This document shows positions 38,712 through 48,489 of a stretch of 64,000 nucleotides of DNA, one piece after another; positions within the stretch are counted from its first letter, which is position 1, and each line of letters starts with the position of its first letter. Where the stretch lies: assembly GCA_016649895.1 (NCBI GenBank), contig JAENWR010000005.1:1-64000 (forward strand). The letters are read 5' to 3'. The notes under the pieces were generated by a model that ran no database searches, was not told the DNA's origin, and worked only from the letters and a program-made list of their open reading frames with translations. Both the position numbers and the translations under genes were made by a program. Source of the DNA: Acidimicrobiia bacterium (GTDB lineage Bacteria; Actinomycetota; Acidimicrobiia; Acidimicrobiales; SKKL01).

Positions 38712-39626
38712 CTACAGGTATGGAGTCGGGGCGGCACCGTCGACCGGTGGCGGCCCGTAGCGGAGGCCGACGAAGTCGGTGCCGATCAGCTGGGTCGCCC
38801 CGGCGGTCGCGGGGACGACGACGGTGTCGCCGACGCCAACCGCGAGGTCGCCCACGACGGCCGACCCGCCGACACCGAGCACGGCGGTCCACCGCTGTCC
38901 GGGGTCGACTCGTACCGGCGCCGCCGCCGTGGCGGCGACCCGGTCGATGACGAAGTACGGGCAGGCCACCAGGCGCTCAACACCTTCGTCGCCTTCGTCG
39001 ACGACGATGGGCGGGGCCGTCGGTGGCGCCGGCCCGAGGTCGGCGCACGACAGGCCAGCCTCGAGGTGGAGCTCGCGGCCCTCCCGGCCCCAGTCGAAGA
39101 GGCGGTAGGTGGTGTCGGAGGCCTGCTGCAGCTCGAAGAGCGACAGTCCGCCGCCGATGGCGTGGACCGTGCCCGCAGGCACGAACACGGCGTCGCCCAC
39201 CGACAACTCGGTGAACGCGAGGATCTCGGTGATGGAGCCGTCGAGAGCGCGAGCCGCCACCTCGTCGACGGTGACCTCCCGGGTGAACCCGAGGTACACA
39301 CCAGCGCCGGGTTCGGCCGCCAGCACTACCCACGCCTCGGTCTTGGCGTCGCCGTCGGTCGGGTGCACCTGCACCGACAGGTTCTGCGCACAGTCGAGGC
39401 GTTTGGCCAGCAGGTCGAGCGGCCCGCCGAAGGCCTCAGGATCAGCGGCCACCACCTCGGTGAGCACGTGACCCGCGTTGATCCCAGAACGGACGGTGGC
39501 CGGACCGTTCGGGTGGGTCGACAGGTCCCACGCCTCGCCGATGCCGGCGCCCAGCCGCCGACCCCCCCACACGCGCGGCGCCAGCGACGGTTCGAGGAGG
39601 AACGGGCCGAGGGACATCACCCGCAT
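38712..39626 (-). CDS. manA: Mannose-6-phosphate isomerase, class I
   Basis: PRVWGG...QVHPTD...VHAIGGG cupin motifs. Confidence 0.7.
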   Translation of the reverse strand: MRVMSLGPFLLEPSLAPRVWGGRRLGAGIGEAWDLSTHPNGPATVRSGINAGHVLTEVVAADPEAFGGPLDLLAKRLDCAQNLSVQVHPTDGDAKTEAWVVLAAEPGAGVYLGFTREVTVDEVAARALDGSITEILAFTELSVGDAVFVPAGTVHAIGGGLSLFELQQASDTTYRLFDWGREGRELHLEAGLSCADLGPAPPTAPPIVVDEGDEGVERLVACPYFVIDRVAATAAAPVRVDPGQRWTAVLGVGGSAVVGDLAVGVGDTVVVPATAGATQLIGTDFVGLRYGPPPVDGAAPTPYL

Positions 39627-39631
39627 CGTAG

Positions 39632-40351
39632 GTGGCCCAACCTCGGCCGCCGTTCGGCCAACATGGCTCTGTGACCACCACCACAGAGGCGATGCGAGGT
39701 GAGCTCCTGGCGAGGTGGCACCGTGTCGTCGATGACGCCCTATGGGCGACACCCGCCGCACTCGGCCTGGGAGCCGACCTCGTCGATCGGTACTCCGAGC
39801 GGCATCGCCACTACCACGACGCGAGCCACCTCGTCGCAGTGCTCACCGCGCTCGACGAGCTGGCCGCCCCCCACGAGCCGTCGGTCGAGGTCCGTCTCGC
39901 TGCGTGGTTCCACGACGCTATCTACAGCGGCACCGCCGGTGTCGACGAGGAGCGCAGTGCGGAGCTCGCTGCGCAGCGATTGAGCGAGGTGGGCGCCGAC
40001 GATCGATCCATCGAGCAGGTGCGGGCCATGGTCCTGGCCACCGCCGGCCACATCGCCAGCGACGCCGACGCCGACGACGGCGCCGGCCCCGACCTCGACA
40101 CGGCGCTGCTGCTCGACGCCGACTTGTCGATCCTCGGTGCGCCGGGCACCACCTACGACGCCTACGCCCGCGGTGTTCGCGCCGAACACGCCCACGTGTC
40201 CGACGAGCGCTTCGCCACCGGCCGCATCGCGGCGCTGCGGACGCTCCTCGGGCGGCCGCGGCTCTTCCACACCGATGCCGGCCGACAGCGCTTCGACGCA
40301 ACGGCCCGCGCGAACCTCCGGCGCGAGCTCGCGGCGCTCGAACGCTCCTGA
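39632..40351 (+). CDS. HD-domain metal-dependent phosphohydrolase
   Basis: HYHDASH and WFHDAIY motifs. Confidence 0.6.
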   Translation: MAQPRPPFGQHGSVTTTTEAMRGELLARWHRVVDDALWATPAALGLGADLVDRYSERHRHYHDASHLVAVLTALDELAAPHEPSVEVRLAAWFHDAIYSGTAGVDEERSAELAAQRLSEVGADDRSIEQVRAMVLATAGHIASDADADDGAGPDLDTALLLDADLSILGAPGTTYDAYARGVRAEHAHVSDERFATGRIAALRTLLGRPRLFHTDAGRQRFDATARANLRRELAALERS

Positions 40352-40504
40352 CGACGGATCAGGAGGTCGGGGGTTCGAGTGCCTCCAAGCGCGCCAGTTG
40401 TGCCGGGTCATCGGGTTCGTGACCTGAACCGCAGCAAGTAGCGGAACCCCTCTGTGCAACCCCTCGGCAATCCCGACGGGCCCCTGCACGAGAGGGAGGT
40501 CCTC

Positions 40505-40606
40505 ATGCGAGGCCATCTACAACACCGCGGCGGCGACACCTGGCGGATCAAGGTCTACCTGGGCCGCTCCGCCGACGGCCGCGAGCGCTACCTGGAACGA
40601 CTCTAG
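40505..40606 (+). pseudogene. Tyrosine-integrase N-terminal (arm-binding) remnant
   Basis: MRGHLQHRGGDTWRIKVYLGRSADGRERYLERL* matches the N-terminal domain of actinobacterial phage-type integrases and is followed directly by a stop. Confidence 0.45.
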
Positions 40607-40913
40607 AATCGTGAACGACCTCCGCGGCAGCATCGACGACTGGAACACCAAGTCCTGCGTGCTCAACTCCTCGAACCTGCGTAGGGGAGCGTCGGTCGAG
40701 CGTCGCTGAGTCTCGCTGGTCAGCACGAACGAACTCCTAGACCGCACCCGGTAGGTGGGTGATCGTGCTCGAACCAGATCGCCGTAGCAGCGACCCACCG
40801 GTCGGCCTCATGCTCCTTCTGACCGAGTGCGTGCCCCTGCCGGACGCAATCGGTGCGCAGGTCGGTGTACACCTCGACGAGGTACGCCACGCCGCCGCCC
40901 CCAGCCGGAAGGC

Positions 40914-41309
40914 TCACCCTTCATCCCCCACGAGCAGCTCGACCGGCCCGCCGTCGGGATACTGGACGACGATGTGCATCTCACCACCGGTGGCGGCGAC
41001 GAAGCGCTTGAGGGTGGACAGGAGCATGTCGCTGCGGCGTTCGAGCCGGGAGACCTCGGACTGATCCATGTCGAGCAGCTCGGCCACCGTGGACTGAGTG
41101 AGGGCTCGGGCTTCCCGGAGCCGGCGGAGGGTGGCCTGACGGCTGTTGATCTCCGCCAGCACGGAGTCGTAGCGAGCCTTTGCCCGGGGCTTGGTTTCCA
41201 GCAGGGCCTTGAAGCGCTCGTGCGCGTTTTCGGCCTGGGCCCACTCATCGTCGGTGATCGTGGGCTCGGCGACCTTGGCGTTGTCGGTGGGGATGTTGCG
41301 AGTACTCAT
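40914..41309 (-). CDS. XRE-family HTH antitoxin (HigA-like)
   Basis: ALTQSTVAELLDMDQSEVSRLE is an XRE HTH. Overlaps the upstream toxin gene by 4 nt. Confidence 0.6.
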   Translation of the reverse strand: MSTRNIPTDNAKVAEPTITDDEWAQAENAHERFKALLETKPRAKARYDSVLAEINSRQATLRRLREARALTQSTVAELLDMDQSEVSRLERRSDMLLSTLKRFVAATGGEMHIVVQYPDGGPVELLVGDEG

Positions 41310-41743
41310 CGGTTGCCTCGTTTCACGGTCGGTGAGGTGCCGGGGTGCTGTCGGCAGTAGTTGTCGAGTCGGGCTTCTACTTCGGTGAGGTTCGCCGGGT
41401 ACCAGTTGTTGCCCAGGACGGTCTTGTCGCCAGCAAGTAGGACGACGGCGACCTCCCCTCCGTCGGACGCTCGACAGATGGCATAAAGGACTCGGAGCAC
41501 TGGCGGTCTGTCGGCGTAGGGAGCGGCCTCCGAGGGTGGGGTGCGCCGAAGGGCGTGCATGTCGTAGCGGGAGGTGACAACGGGGTGGGACTCCTCGCGA
41601 CGCTCGTCGTCGAGGTCCCGACCGTGGGTTTCCAGCGCCGTCAGCAATGCCATCACCTCGCCGAATATCTCCTCGTCGGCTTCTGCGAGCGCCAACAGCC
41701 ACCGCTCGAACAACGGGTGGTACCGGAGGTCCATGTGATGCAT
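41306..41743 (-). CDS. Gp49/HigB-like RelE-superfamily toxin
   Basis: YDMHALRRTPP...RVLYAICRASDGGEVAVVLLAGDKT fits the lyELR...yRvlY...vvlL.ggdK pattern of phage Gp49/HigB toxins. A low-GC promoter-like stretch lies upstream. Confidence 0.5.
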   Translation of the reverse strand: MHHMDLRYHPLFERWLLALAEADEEIFGEVMALLTALETHGRDLDDERREESHPVVTSRYDMHALRRTPPSEAAPYADRPPVLRVLYAICRASDGGEVAVVLLAGDKTVLGNNWYPANLTEVEARLDNYCRQHPGTSPTVKRGNR

Positions 41744-42381
41744 CGTAACACATATGAGGTCGAACACATTCTTGACAATCCCTCTGCCAATCCACCAGCC
41801 GTGACTGAGCCGGAATCGGAGGCACTCGCCGGAACACGCACCCGACGTGACCTGCTGCAACGGGATCTGACAACACCGACCGGACCCGTCGGAAGCGCCT
41901 ACGGATCAGAAGGTGCCTCAATCCTTCCTCGCCGCGAACCTTCGAGCTCGGTGGGTCGATCCCGAGCTCGTCAAGATCCGCTTCCATCTCGCCGACGGCA
42001 TTGCGACCTGTACCGCGAGGGTGCGGGTCGTCCCGGTCGCCGCCGAGGATTCGAGGTCGACGAGCTGGCGGGCCACGTTGAACATTGCGACCCAGTTCGG
42101 TCGAAGGGTCGGCATCGATCCGACAAAGGCCTCCAGCTCGGCCCGATTCGATTCGCCAGTGAGAAGTAGAAGCGGTCCCCCATCGGCCTGACACTCAGGA
42201 CTCCCGCTTGTGAAAGGGTCTCGCTGGTCGGAGCCGGACACGTGTAGAGCTCGCCATCGACCACCTCCAGATAGAAGAGGGCGAGGGCATGGAGTAGTTC
42301 GCCGAGGAGCAGGAGACCGCTGCCCTCGACCACGAGCAGCCCAACGCTCTGGCCGGGCTCGGCGTGGAGCTCCCCGAGCGT

Positions 42382-42927
42382 CTATGGGAGCCGGCGGGCC
42401 CGGGCCACGAGCCAGATGCTGGTCACCGCCGCCACGACGACCGCCATCGCTCCCACTCGCAGGCCGATACCACCCACCGGACCGACGCCCACCAGCATCA
42501 GCGCCAGACCGCCCGCCGACGCGCTCACCGTTCCCACCAGGGCCAGGTCGACGACCCAGGCCACCCGAGCGTCCGGTGACGAGACCGCCGCAGGACGCAC
42601 CTCGAACGACCGGCACGCCAGCTCGAACCCGAGCCAGAGCAGAGCTCCCACCAACAGCGCCTCGGACCTCACCGCGTCGGCATCGGCCGCCACGCCCAAC
42701 GCACCGATCGCCGCCACGAGCGCGACGGCGAGCCCCAGGGTGGCGATCGCTCCGAACCCGGTCACCAGACCGGCGACGAGCAGCACCACGCCGGCCACCG
42801 CCGAGGCGACGGCCACGCCGAGGTCGCCCGAGCCCAGGGCCACGACGACGCACACCGCGGCCCCGCAGGCCGTCGACCCCGCGGCCAAGACCACGGCACG
42901 ACGAGGGGTGCGGCTCAACGTGCCCAT
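42382..42927 (-). CDS. Hypothetical polytopic membrane protein
   Basis: Four to five hydrophobic helices. Last gene of the MoxR operon. Confidence 0.35.
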   Translation of the reverse strand: MGTLSRTPRRAVVLAAGSTACGAAVCVVVALGSGDLGVAVASAVAGVVLLVAGLVTGFGAIATLGLAVALVAAIGALGVAADADAVRSEALLVGALLWLGFELACRSFEVRPAAVSSPDARVAWVVDLALVGTVSASAGGLALMLVGVGPVGGIGLRVGAMAVVVAAVTSIWLVARARRLP

Positions 42928-44183
42928 CGTGACACCGCCTCGCGGTAGGCGAGCAGGCCGTCGAGCACCGGGTCAACCGGCGCATCCGGCAGCCACTCGG
43001 CCACGCCGATGCCGTGCTGGCGCAACGTTGTGCGGTTCATCTCGCGCTCGAGGCTCCACAGACGCCGAGCGACCCGAGATCGTGGCCTCTCCCCCGGGGG
43101 CGCCACGTTGCGCGGGGCCACCTCGAGCACGACGACGTCGAGACCGCGCCCCCGCATTTGCACCAAGGTGGACAGGCCTCGGGGATCGAGCAGAGGGCTG
43201 AGCGCCACCACCAGGCTGCGCCGAGGGAGGGCCCGCACCGGGATCACCTCGAGCGGCTTGTCGGCAACGCTGGCCCACACCTCGGTGTCGACCAACGCCT
43301 CGGCGATTCGGTACAGCTGCACCATGCCGCTAGCCGGTCGCACCCAGCGGAACACCCCGCCGAGGTCGACGAGACCCACCCGGTCGTTGGCCGCGAGGTG
43401 CCGGTCGGCGAGCGCCTTGGCGGCCTCCACCGTGCGCCGCAGCGTGTCGTCGCGACCGCTGCCAAGCGAGGTGAACGAGTCGAGGAAGAGCACCACCTCG
43501 CCACTGCGCTCGGGATGGCGCTCATCGACCCACAGCTCGCCGCGCCGCGCCGACACCCGCCAGTTGACGGACCGCGCACGGTCGCCGGGCACGAACGGGC
43601 GCATGTCGGCGAACTCGAGCCCGTCGGCGCGGTGGCGCGACGCATGGGCCCCGGGCACCGACCGCATGGAGCGGGGTGACAGCAGCCGTCGCAGCCGAGC
43701 CTCCTCCGGAAGCGCGCGAATGCGTGCCACCTCGGCCCTGGCCTCGGACTCGAACAGGCCCAGGCGGTCGGTGACGTGCGCCGACAGCACGAACGGGCCG
43801 ATGGCGCCCCACCGCTCGACCGACATCGTCCACGTGGCCGACACCTCTCCGTCGACGAGCAGCTCGTCGACGTCGAGATCATCCTCGATCGACGTGACGC
43901 CCTCGGGCGGCACCAGTCGCAAGCGGGCGCGCCGACCCAGTTCGTTTGACCGGACGACCGCCGTGACGACGATCTCGTCGCCGGCCAGCACCCGATCGGG
44001 CGACACGGTCAGCGCGGCGACGGCCGAGGGTCGACCACCGACCGCGAGACCGATCGCCACGGTGACGAGGAACGGCGCCACCATGACGGCGGGCTCTGCC
44101 CGCGTGGTGGCGACGGCGAGCACCAGCCCGATGGCGGCCAGCACCGCAGACCCCACCAGGCGCAGCCGCGCCCGCGACCTCAC
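42915..44183 (-). CDS. DUF58 (VWA-like) protein of MoxR operon
   Basis: Two N-terminal TM helices plus DUF58-like motifs (RVSARRGELWVDERHPERSGEVVLFLD). GTGA overlap with the moxR stop. Confidence 0.6.
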   Translation of the reverse strand: MRSRARLRLVGSAVLAAIGLVLAVATTRAEPAVMVAPFLVTVAIGLAVGGRPSAVAALTVSPDRVLAGDEIVVTAVVRSNELGRRARLRLVPPEGVTSIEDDLDVDELLVDGEVSATWTMSVERWGAIGPFVLSAHVTDRLGLFESEARAEVARIRALPEEARLRRLLSPRSMRSVPGAHASRHRADGLEFADMRPFVPGDRARSVNWRVSARRGELWVDERHPERSGEVVLFLDSFTSLGSGRDDTLRRTVEAAKALADRHLAANDRVGLVDLGGVFRWVRPASGMVQLYRIAEALVDTEVWASVADKPLEVIPVRALPRRSLVVALSPLLDPRGLSTLVQMRGRGLDVVVLEVAPRNVAPPGERPRSRVARRLWSLEREMNRTTLRQHGIGVAEWLPDAPVDPVLDGLLAYREAVSRWAR

Positions 44184-45172
44184 CGGGGGGGCACGCCGGC
44201 CGAGTCCTCGGCTGCCGGTGTGGGCACCCGATCGACGATGGCCGCGACCACGTCGTCGCCGGTGAGCCCCCGCACCCACAGCTCCGGACGCAGGATAAGC
44301 CGGTGGGCCAGCGCCGGCACGGCGACGGCCTGCACGTCCTCGGGGGTGACGAAGTCGCGACCCGACATGGCGGCGACGGCACGCGCCAGCTTCACCAGGG
44401 CCAGCGACCCGCGGGGACTGCTGCCGGTCTGGAGCTGGGGGTCGGCGCGGGTGGCCTCGACCAGTGCCACCACGTAGTCGAGGATCGACGGCGCCACGTG
44501 CACGTCCTCGAGCGCGGCCTGCATCGCCACAAGCGTGGGGCGATCGAGCACCTGCGCGAGCACCGGCTCGTCCTGGCGTCGCTCGATGCGCCGACGCAGC
44601 ACCTCGATCTCCCCCGCCGTGTCGGGGTAACCGAGCCGAACCCGCAGGAGGAAGCGGTCCATCTGGGCCTCGGGCAGCGGGTAGGTGCCCTCGAACTCCA
44701 CCGGGTTCTGGGTGGCCAGCACGAGGAACGGGCGGGGCAGCGGGTGGGTGGTGCCGTCGATGGTGACCTGGCGCTCGGCCATGGCCTCGAGCAGAGCAGC
44801 CTGGGTCTTGGGCGGGGCCCGGTTGATCTCGTCGCCGAGGAGGAGGTTGGTGAAGATCGGACCGCTGCGGAAGACGAAGTCGCTCTGCGACGGATCCCAG
44901 ATCGACGAGCCGGTGACGTCGGACGGCATGAGGTCGGGTGTGAACTGGACCCTGGCCATGTCGACCCCGGTCACCTGTGCGAACGAACGGGCGAGCAGCG
45001 TCTTCGCCAGCCCGGGCAGATCCTCGATGAGCACGTGGCCCTCGGCGAGCCAGCCGGCCAGCACCAGCTCGACCGCAGCGCGCTTGCCGATGATCGCCCG
45101 CTCGACCTCCTCGACCACCGACGCCCCGAGGCGGGCCACCTCCGCCACCGACAGGGTCGACGTCTCGTTCAT
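44180..45172 (-). CDS. MoxR-family AAA+ ATPase
   Basis: Walker A LIEDLPGLAKT, Walker B LLGDEINRAPPKTQ, sensor motifs. ~330 aa. Confidence 0.85.
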   Translation of the reverse strand: MNETSTLSVAEVARLGASVVEEVERAIIGKRAAVELVLAGWLAEGHVLIEDLPGLAKTLLARSFAQVTGVDMARVQFTPDLMPSDVTGSSIWDPSQSDFVFRSGPIFTNLLLGDEINRAPPKTQAALLEAMAERQVTIDGTTHPLPRPFLVLATQNPVEFEGTYPLPEAQMDRFLLRVRLGYPDTAGEIEVLRRRIERRQDEPVLAQVLDRPTLVAMQAALEDVHVAPSILDYVVALVEATRADPQLQTGSSPRGSLALVKLARAVAAMSGRDFVTPEDVQAVAVPALAHRLILRPELWVRGLTGDDVVAAIVDRVPTPAAEDSAGVPPR

Positions 45173-45585
45173 GGTGCCTCCAGGCGGTCGAGCAGGTGGT
45201 CGACGGCGCCGATGACGGCAGCCGAGGGATCAGTTGGAGAACCGGGTGGTGCCGGGCCGCCCAGCAGGAAGGTCCACTCGGGCCCGAGCAGGTCGGCGGC
45301 CCGCGGATCGTCGGGCGACACCCCCAGGCGGTTCGCGACCCGTGCCTCGACCAAGGGCTCGAGACGCCGGGCGAGGCGAGCGCGCGGACGCTGGCCACCC
45401 ATGCCCGCCTCGAGCAGCACCGCCTCCCACTCGACCAAGCCGGCCGGCCGCCGAGGGGGTGCATCCGACCGACGACGCTCGAAGAGCGCGGGGGCGCGCT
45501 CTCCGGCTCCGGGGTTGCCCGAGGCGAGGACCGACACGATGCAGAGGACGAGCACCGAGCCGACGGCGACGACGGCAAGGGTCAT
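45169..45585 (-). CDS. Hypothetical membrane protein of MoxR operon
   Basis: N-terminal TM. Translationally coupled to its neighbours. Confidence 0.35.
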   Translation of the reverse strand: MTLAVVAVGSVLVLCIVSVLASGNPGAGERAPALFERRRSDAPPRRPAGLVEWEAVLLEAGMGGQRPRARLARRLEPLVEARVANRLGVSPDDPRAADLLGPEWTFLLGGPAPPGSPTDPSAAVIGAVDHLLDRLEAP

Positions 45586-46481
45586 GTGCCGCTCACCCCG
45601 AGCCGCAGCTCGTCGCGCACCGCGTCGAGGGCGTCGATGGCCTCGGTCTGGTGGTGGCCCTCGATGCGGTGCGGTGAGAACTTGGCTCGCTCGAACACCT
45701 CGGCGAGGCGCCGGACGGCCGGACCGCTGGCATCGAGGGCGCCGAGGATGCGGGCGAGGTACGGGAACGGCGCCTCGGACTCGTGGCGCGGCATCCCCAC
45801 CGCGCCGAGCGCGACCTCGAGTCGTGCCCAGGCGCTGATGACGGCACGGCGGGGATCGGGGTCGGCACGCAGCGCGGCGATGGCGTCGTCGAGCAGCCCG
45901 CCGAGCAGATCGCGGTCGTCGGCCGACGAGCGTTCACCGCTCGGCGGGTCGGGGGCGTCGTTGGTGCCGCGCCGCGGCCAGAGGACGGCGGCGGCCAGCG
46001 CCACGATCACCAGCCCGAGCACGACACCAGCGGCGACACTCGCACCGGAGGTCTCGCGCGGCTCGCTCGACTCCCTATCGAGCGGTGGCGGTGGCGCGGC
46101 ACCCGGCAGCGGCGGCTCCGCGGTGGTGTCGGGAACGTTCCACAGGTCGGGCAGCACGTTGGCGGCCACCACGGCGACGGCCACCACCACGACGACACCG
46201 ATCAGCTGCTTCTGCCGCGACGGGGCACGTCGTTCGCCGGTGCCACCCCCGAGGAGCTGGCCGATGACCACCACCACCAAGAGGACGAACCCGACCACGC
46301 TGAGGGCGGTGATGACCACGTCGACCAAGGCCGCCGAACCCCGCACGCCCACGCCGGGCGCCGGGTCGTCGCCCGCACCCACGCCCGAGGCCAGCACCGC
46401 CACGGCAACGATGACGGCCACCGCTCCGAGCGAGGCGACGGCCGTGCGCACCGTGCCACCTCCCCCCGGGTGCGGCGCCAT
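45582..46481 (-). CDS. DUF4129-like membrane protein of MoxR operon
   Basis: Several TM helices and the C-terminal pattern ...RRLAEVFERAKFSPH typical of DUF4129. Confidence 0.45.
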   Translation of the reverse strand: MAPHPGGGGTVRTAVASLGAVAVIVAVAVLASGVGAGDDPAPGVGVRGSAALVDVVITALSVVGFVLLVVVVIGQLLGGGTGERRAPSRQKQLIGVVVVVAVAVVAANVLPDLWNVPDTTAEPPLPGAAPPPPLDRESSEPRETSGASVAAGVVLGLVIVALAAAVLWPRRGTNDAPDPPSGERSSADDRDLLGGLLDDAIAALRADPDPRRAVISAWARLEVALGAVGMPRHESEAPFPYLARILGALDASGPAVRRLAEVFERAKFSPHRIEGHHQTEAIDALDAVRDELRLGVSGT

Positions 46482-46484
46482 GGA

Positions 46485-47327
46485 CTAGGGCAGGACGGCG
46501 TCGGTGGGGAGGGCGACGATGCCGGTGGCACCGATGGCCCGCAACGCACCGAGCTTGGCCCAGAGGTCGGCCCGTTCGACCACCAGGTGGGCGGCGACCA
46601 GGTCGTCGCGCTCCGACAGCGGCAGCACGGTGGGCGAGGCCAGACCCGGGAACAGGTCGGTGAGCTGGTCGAGGCGATCGGGTGGCAGGTGCAGGAGGAG
46701 GTACTGCCGACGGCGGGCGTCGAGAGCGGCCCCGATGCGCAGCTCGAGGTCGGAGAGCGCATCACCGCTGTCGGCCGAGCGCACGAAGCGGGCCTGGCAG
46801 CGCTGCATCTCGGCCACCACGCGCAGCCGGTTGCGGGCGAGGCTGGCACCGGTCTCGCGGAGGTCGACGATGGCGTCGGCGAGGCCGGCGGCGCACACAC
46901 CTTCGAGCGCACCGCCCATGGGCACCACGGTGACGTCGATGTCGCGCTCGGCGAACCAGCGGCGGGTCATCTCCGGCATGTGGGTGGCGACCACGCCGCC
47001 GGCGAACTCGGCGGCGTCGCGGCGGGGATCGTCGTCGCGGGCGGCCAGCACCAGGTCGGAGCGGGCGAACCCGAGGTCGGCCGCCGGCCAATCACCCAGC
47101 TCGAACTCGAGCGCGATGTCGGTGGAGATGAACGCGGCGGTGAGCCGACCGGCATGCAACCAGGCGGCGGCGTCTCTCGGGCGCATCTCGATGAACTCGA
47201 TGCCCTCGATGGTGGCCCGGGCGTCGGCGCCACGGAACGCGCTGACCGAGAACCCGGCGTTGTCGAGCAACGTGAGGACCTCGTCGCGCAGCCGACCACG
47301 CGACGGCAGACCCACCCGTGTGGTCAC
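46485..47327 (-). CDS. hisG: ATP phosphoribosyltransferase (long form)
   Basis: LRVGLPSRGRL start and PRTase type IV motifs. Directly downstream of hisE. Confidence 0.8.
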   Translation of the reverse strand: MTTRVGLPSRGRLRDEVLTLLDNAGFSVSAFRGADARATIEGIEFIEMRPRDAAAWLHAGRLTAAFISTDIALEFELGDWPAADLGFARSDLVLAARDDDPRRDAAEFAGGVVATHMPEMTRRWFAERDIDVTVVPMGGALEGVCAAGLADAIVDLRETGASLARNRLRVVAEMQRCQARFVRSADSGDALSDLELRIGAALDARRRQYLLLHLPPDRLDQLTDLFPGLASPTVLPLSERDDLVAAHLVVERADLWAKLGALRAIGATGIVALPTDAVLP

Positions 47328-47602
47328 TTGCGACGCTCCTGGAGCACGGCGAGCACGTCGGCCCACGCGACGCCGGCCCCGATGAGGCCCACGAGCACGT
47401 GGTAGACGAGGTCGGCGGCCTCTTCGGCGATGCGCTCGTGTGAGAGCTCGGCGCGGCCCAGCTCGAGGCAGAGCTCGAAGGCCTCCTCCATCACCTTGCG
47501 TTGCAGGCGCTCCGGGTCGGCGAGCAGCTCGGATGTGTACGAGCCCGCCTGGGGCTCGGCCCGGCGCGACCGCAGGACATCTTCGAGTTCGGAGAGAGGC
47601 AC
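47324..47602 (-). CDS. hisE: Phosphoribosyl-ATP pyrophosphatase
   Basis: EEAFELCLELGRAE...EEAADLVYHVLV is the MazG-like HisE signature. Confidence 0.85.
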   Translation of the reverse strand: MPLSELEDVLRSRRAEPQAGSYTSELLADPERLQRKVMEEAFELCLELGRAELSHERIAEEAADLVYHVLVGLIGAGVAWADVLAVLQERRK

Positions 47603-47667
47603 GCCCGAACGCTAGTGCGTGGCGGCGAGCAGCTGGCCGCCAAGCAATCGGCCGCTACCCTGACCTC

Positions 47668-48489
47668 GTGCCGCTCCACCCCCCTTCTCAGGCTCGCTCC
47701 GGGACCGGTCAGCTGTCAGTCAGCCACTCTCCAGCGCTCGTCGAGTCGGGCGTAGCCGACGCCGTCATCACCAGCCGCTGGGGTGGTGTCTCCGAGGGTG
47801 CCTACGAGAGCCTCAACCTGGGTCTCCACGTCGGCGACGATGCCGATGCCGTCGTCGCGAACCGCACTCGCGCCGCGGCGGCCATCGGGCTCGACCTGGG
47901 GCAACTGGTGTTCTGCCGCCAATCGCACGGAGCGGAGGTGGCGGTCGTGGGGGTCGGCGACCGCGGCCGCGGGACTCGCTCCGAGGACGACGCTCTGGCC
48001 GGAACAGATGCATTGGTCACGTCTGATCCCGATGTCGGGCTCGTCGTCATGGTGGCCGACTGCGTACCCGTGGTGTTGCTCGACCCGGAGGCACGGGTGC
48101 TCGCCTGCGTCCACGCCGGCTGGCGCGGCACCGTCGCCCGTGTCTGTCGTGCCACGGTGGCCACGATGGGTTCGCTCGGCGCCGAGCCAGCCCGGATGCT
48201 CGCCTGGCTGGGGCCAGCGATCGCTCCGGAGCGGTACGAGGTGGGTGACGATGTCGCCGACGCGGCGCGGGAAGCGTTCCCTGACACCAGCCAGCTGGTT
48301 CGGCACCGTCAGCCGGGTAGGTGGAGCTTCGATCTCTGGGCGGCCAACGAGCACGACCTGCGCAGTGCCGGGCTCGAGCCGGGGCGAATCACCACGACTC
48401 GCATCGACACCGCCTCCGGTCCCTACTTCAGCGATCGAGCGGTCCGACCATGTGGACGCTTCGCCGCCCTCGCGAGGCTGCGTCGATGA
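47668..48489 (+). CDS. pgeF: YfiH/PgeF-family (DUF152) laccase-domain protein
   Basis: Conserved ADCVPV and HAGWRG motifs. Confidence 0.65.
   Translation: MPLHPPSQARSGTGQLSVSHSPALVESGVADAVITSRWGGVSEGAYESLNLGLHVGDDADAVVANRTRAAAAIGLDLGQLVFCRQSHGAEVAVVGVGDRGRGTRSEDDALAGTDALVTSDPDVGLVVMVADCVPVVLLDPEARVLACVHAGWRGTVARVCRATVATMGSLGAEPARMLAWLGPAIAPERYEVGDDVADAAREAFPDTSQLVRHRQPGRWSFDLWAANEHDLRSAGLEPGRITTTRIDTASGPYFSDRAVRPCGRFAALARLRR

Noticed and set aside
40355-40400. tRNA-like GGGGGTTCGAGTGCCTCC near the end of the HD-domain gene
   Set aside because: The flanks do not pair into a T-stem, and it lies within or just after a coding region. It is probably a chance GTTCGAG.
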